Under the pieces are notes generated by a model that was not told the DNA's origin, did not search any database, and saw only the letters and a program-made list of their open reading frames with translations. Shown one piece after another: positions 61,263 to 64,000 of a stretch of DNA of 64,000 nt (position 1 is the first letter of the stretch; the number at the start of each line of letters is the position of its first letter). The stretch comes from Eledone cirrhosa (Eukaryota). Where the stretch lies: positions 53,072,001 to 53,136,000 of the forward strand of contig OZ024742.1 of assembly GCA_964016885.1 (NCBI GenBank). Direction: 5' to 3'. The position numbers were made by a program, and so were the translations under genes.

Positions 61263-62234
61263 GTAAGATTTTTTAAAACTATTTTCTTTTGTTTAATTGA
61301 AATTATTCCAGTTTAACCAGTTGTGGTCTGGGAGATATATTTCTCTATAACACCACCACCTACATAGTTTTTATATTTGTTAGTTAGAATTATTAGGGAC
61401 GGTGTGGTATGGTTTTTCTTTCTTTTCCTCATCACATTGCAGTTTCAATTTCAGTGGTCTTATTCGCATCAGTCATTCTAGTGCTTTATCAAGCCACAGA
61501 GACTAGGCTTATTTAGAGACGGCCTTTACTTGCCTTGTCATAGTTACATCATGGGGTTGTGAGTTTTCTTGGTAGCTACAGGTGCCACCCATTGCTCTAT
61601 CTCCCCTTGTAGTTTGTTGCCGTTGGTCTGAGGTTTCTTATTTGTCTGGCAGTTGCCTGCTTAAACGCAACTTTCCATCATATCTAGTGGCCATATCGCC
61701 ACCTGCGACTCGTTCTCTAGGAAAGAATTGCTGGACAAATTTTACAGGCAAAACCAACCGGCAAGAGACCCAGGGGTAGACCATGAGCTTGGCTGGTCAC
61801 ACTTGGGGGTCCAAGCGGATCAGTTGGAGGCGGTTGCTTCTGACAGGACCCACTGAAAGGAGTGTTTGAGGACTCTGCCCCAATGACCCTCTCAGAAATA
61901 AGTTGGGGAAGAAGAATTATTAGGGTGTTTCCATTCAAATATCACTGAGGTCAACTTTTCATTTCATCCTTTTGAGGTCAATAAAATAGAGTACCAGTAA
62001 AGTGCTGGGATTGGTGTAATCAACTTTCGTCTTCCCCAAAATTGCTGGCCTTGTGCCTAAATTAGAAATTATCAACATCACTATTGTATCGCTATTCCTT
62101 GATTCCATTAAAGAGCTTTCTCATACAGAATGCAGAATAAGTCCAGGCATGTTTCTATCTAATTAGACCTATTCAGCAAAGCATTGTCTGTTACTGCAGA
62201 TATTAAATGACTAGAGAGGTATATAAGATTATTT

Positions 62235-62820
62235 TAAATTAACTCTGTGTAATGTTATAATACTTCCTGACTAAACATTTATCTATGTATTATGCTACAA
62301 CTCTCCCTGACTACACATTTAACTCTGTGGTGTGTTATACCTCTTCTTGACTACTCAATCAACTGTGTTGTATTATACCTCTCCCTGACTACACCTTTAA
62401 CCATGTGTGGTATTATAACTCTCCCAGACTACATGTTTAACCGTGTTTTATTATACCTGTAAAGGCGTGTGGCTGAGTGGTTAGAGAATTGGATTCGCAA
62501 TCGTGAGGTTGTGAGTTCGATTCCCGGACCGGGCGATGCGTTATATCTTTGAGCGAGACACTTTATTTCACATTGTTCCTTCTACCTGGAGTTGCGACCG
62601 ATAGATTGTATTAGCAACTGGAAAGACCAATGGAAACATTATTTCCTCGGTCCGATTTGACAAAAGTTGATCGTTCCTTCCTTATTATACCTCTCTCTGA
62701 TTACACCTTTAACCAATGTGGTACTATAACTCTCCCAGACTACACGTTTAACTGTGTTGTATTATTATACCTCTCCCTAACTACACATTTAACTCTGTGG
62801 TGTTATACCTCTTCCAAACT
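62235..62820. repeat. ~40-bp minisatellite interrupted by a SINE (62461-62682)
   Basis: tattatacctctccctgactacacatttaactctgtg units on both sides of a tRNA-headed SINE (tggctgagtgg, gagttcgattc). Confidence 0.8.
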
Positions 62821-63089
62821 AGATATTTTAAAAATATACAAATTCAGTTTTTTATTACATATATTTTACAATTTTTATATATTTTATTATGTAAAAAATT
62901 GTTATGGTTCTATCCTATCTAAATAAAAAATCATCCATTATAACTTTATATCTTAGCAATGAAATAATTAATAACTTCAGTAAATCCCACAAAATTAATA
63001 AATTAATTATTTGAAATAAAATATATTACATTAGAACCATGTTCAGAAAAGGGTTAATGTTATTTTGATTTCTGTTTGTTTTCTTGTAG

Positions 63090-63224
63090 GTGGACCATAC
63101 CATTATTATGTACTTGATAAATCCGAAAGGTGACTTTGTGGATTATTTTGGCCAGAACCGAACTGCTGAAGAAATTTATAATTCTATAACATTGCATATG
63201 AAAAAATATGAATATAATAATTAA
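63090..63224 (+). CDS. SCO1: SCO1 last coding exon (copper-ligand His)
   Basis: ttgtag|[44 protein letters not shown]; 135 nt. Confidence 0.97.
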   Translation: MDHTIIMYLINPKGDFVDYFGQNRTAEEIYNSITLHMKKYEYNN

Positions 63225-63279
63225 ATTAAAAGCTTTTCTAATTTAGATACTGAGAAATATTCTTTAAAAATTAAATTGT

Positions 63280-63285
63280 AATAAA
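63280..63285 (+). terminator. Candidate SCO1 polyadenylation signal
   Basis: AATAAA ~55 nt after the stop codon, with GT-rich sequence downstream. Confidence 0.5.
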
Positions 63286-63828
63286 TGATGTTGTTTAATT
63301 AATGAGCATCCAGTCATAGAAAACCTGTCAAACAAAGGATCTGTAGGACTCTTCAACTGTATCAAAGACATGACAACTTCCGTAATGTTGGTTATCATCG
63401 TTATCATCATCATCGTTTTAACATCTGTTTTCCATGCCTGCAAGGTTTGAACGGGTCTACATTGACCAAGTCAGCATTGAAGTGGAGCCACTGATCTCCC
63501 AGGCCAAGGATCTGTCACTCATTCCACCGAGTGCACAGGAGAGGTTTTCATGTCTTTGACCTAACTGAGGGTCCTCCAAACCCTTTGTTTGGCAGCACCC
63601 AGTTACCATGATCTGTTTTTAAGACTTCTAAGTGAGAGAAAGAAAGGTGTCCTCAAACTAGAGATTTGGCCCCCATACTTATGATCACTTTTCTATGGTG
63701 GCATGGGTTGCACAAGAATTTTGGAGGTAATGTTTTACAGCTGGATGGCCATCCTGAAACTAACCCTTTTAGTTGTTTCTTACAACATACAGGGATACAG
63801 TGTACCTTTTCTAAACTAGATACATGGC

Positions 63829-63866
<38 letters not shown>

Positions 63867-64000
63867 ATGCACTTTCTTATAGAAACCTGAACAGGAGAAA
63901 TAAGGGGTTGTGGTGTTCATAGCTTTCCCAAGAGATAGCAAAGCAAATGAAGCAATGTGGGAATAACGTCTGCCATTAATAAAAATATTTTTTACATTTG

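Noticed and set aside
62461-62535. tRNA gene (also the similar heads at 445, 38920 and 40205)
   Set aside because: A and B boxes are present, but there is no proper acceptor stem and they continue into SINE body sequence.

Overview
Repeat-rich animal genomic DNA. The SINE/LINE repertoire, microsatellite load and long introns suggest a coleoid cephalopod (Octopus-like); this is an inference. One host gene is recognisable: SCO1 (Sco-family mitochondrial copper chaperone), + strand. It has five firmly supported exons (50945-63224) and two inferred N-terminal exons (37726-37767, 45142-45261). The rest is mobile DNA: an apparently intact, very young Ty3/Gypsy (CsRn1-like) LTR retrotransposon (13054-18746), an internally deleted Chapaev3-like DNA transposon, a hAT MITE, CR1, RTE, CRE-like and R4-like LINE relics, Helitron pieces, several Penelope-like elements and many tRNA-derived SINEs. 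The most interesting unannotated layer is catalytic-RNA-like structure. I find about six hammerhead-ribozyme-like loci from different Penelope-type repeats; one lies on the sense strand of an SCO1 intron inside a ~180-bp inverted repeat. There is also a degenerate HDV-like fold. A telomere-like array joined to a scrambled, template-switch-like patchwork also stands out. Everything was read by eye; no searches or folding programs were run, and boundaries of decayed repeats are approximate.
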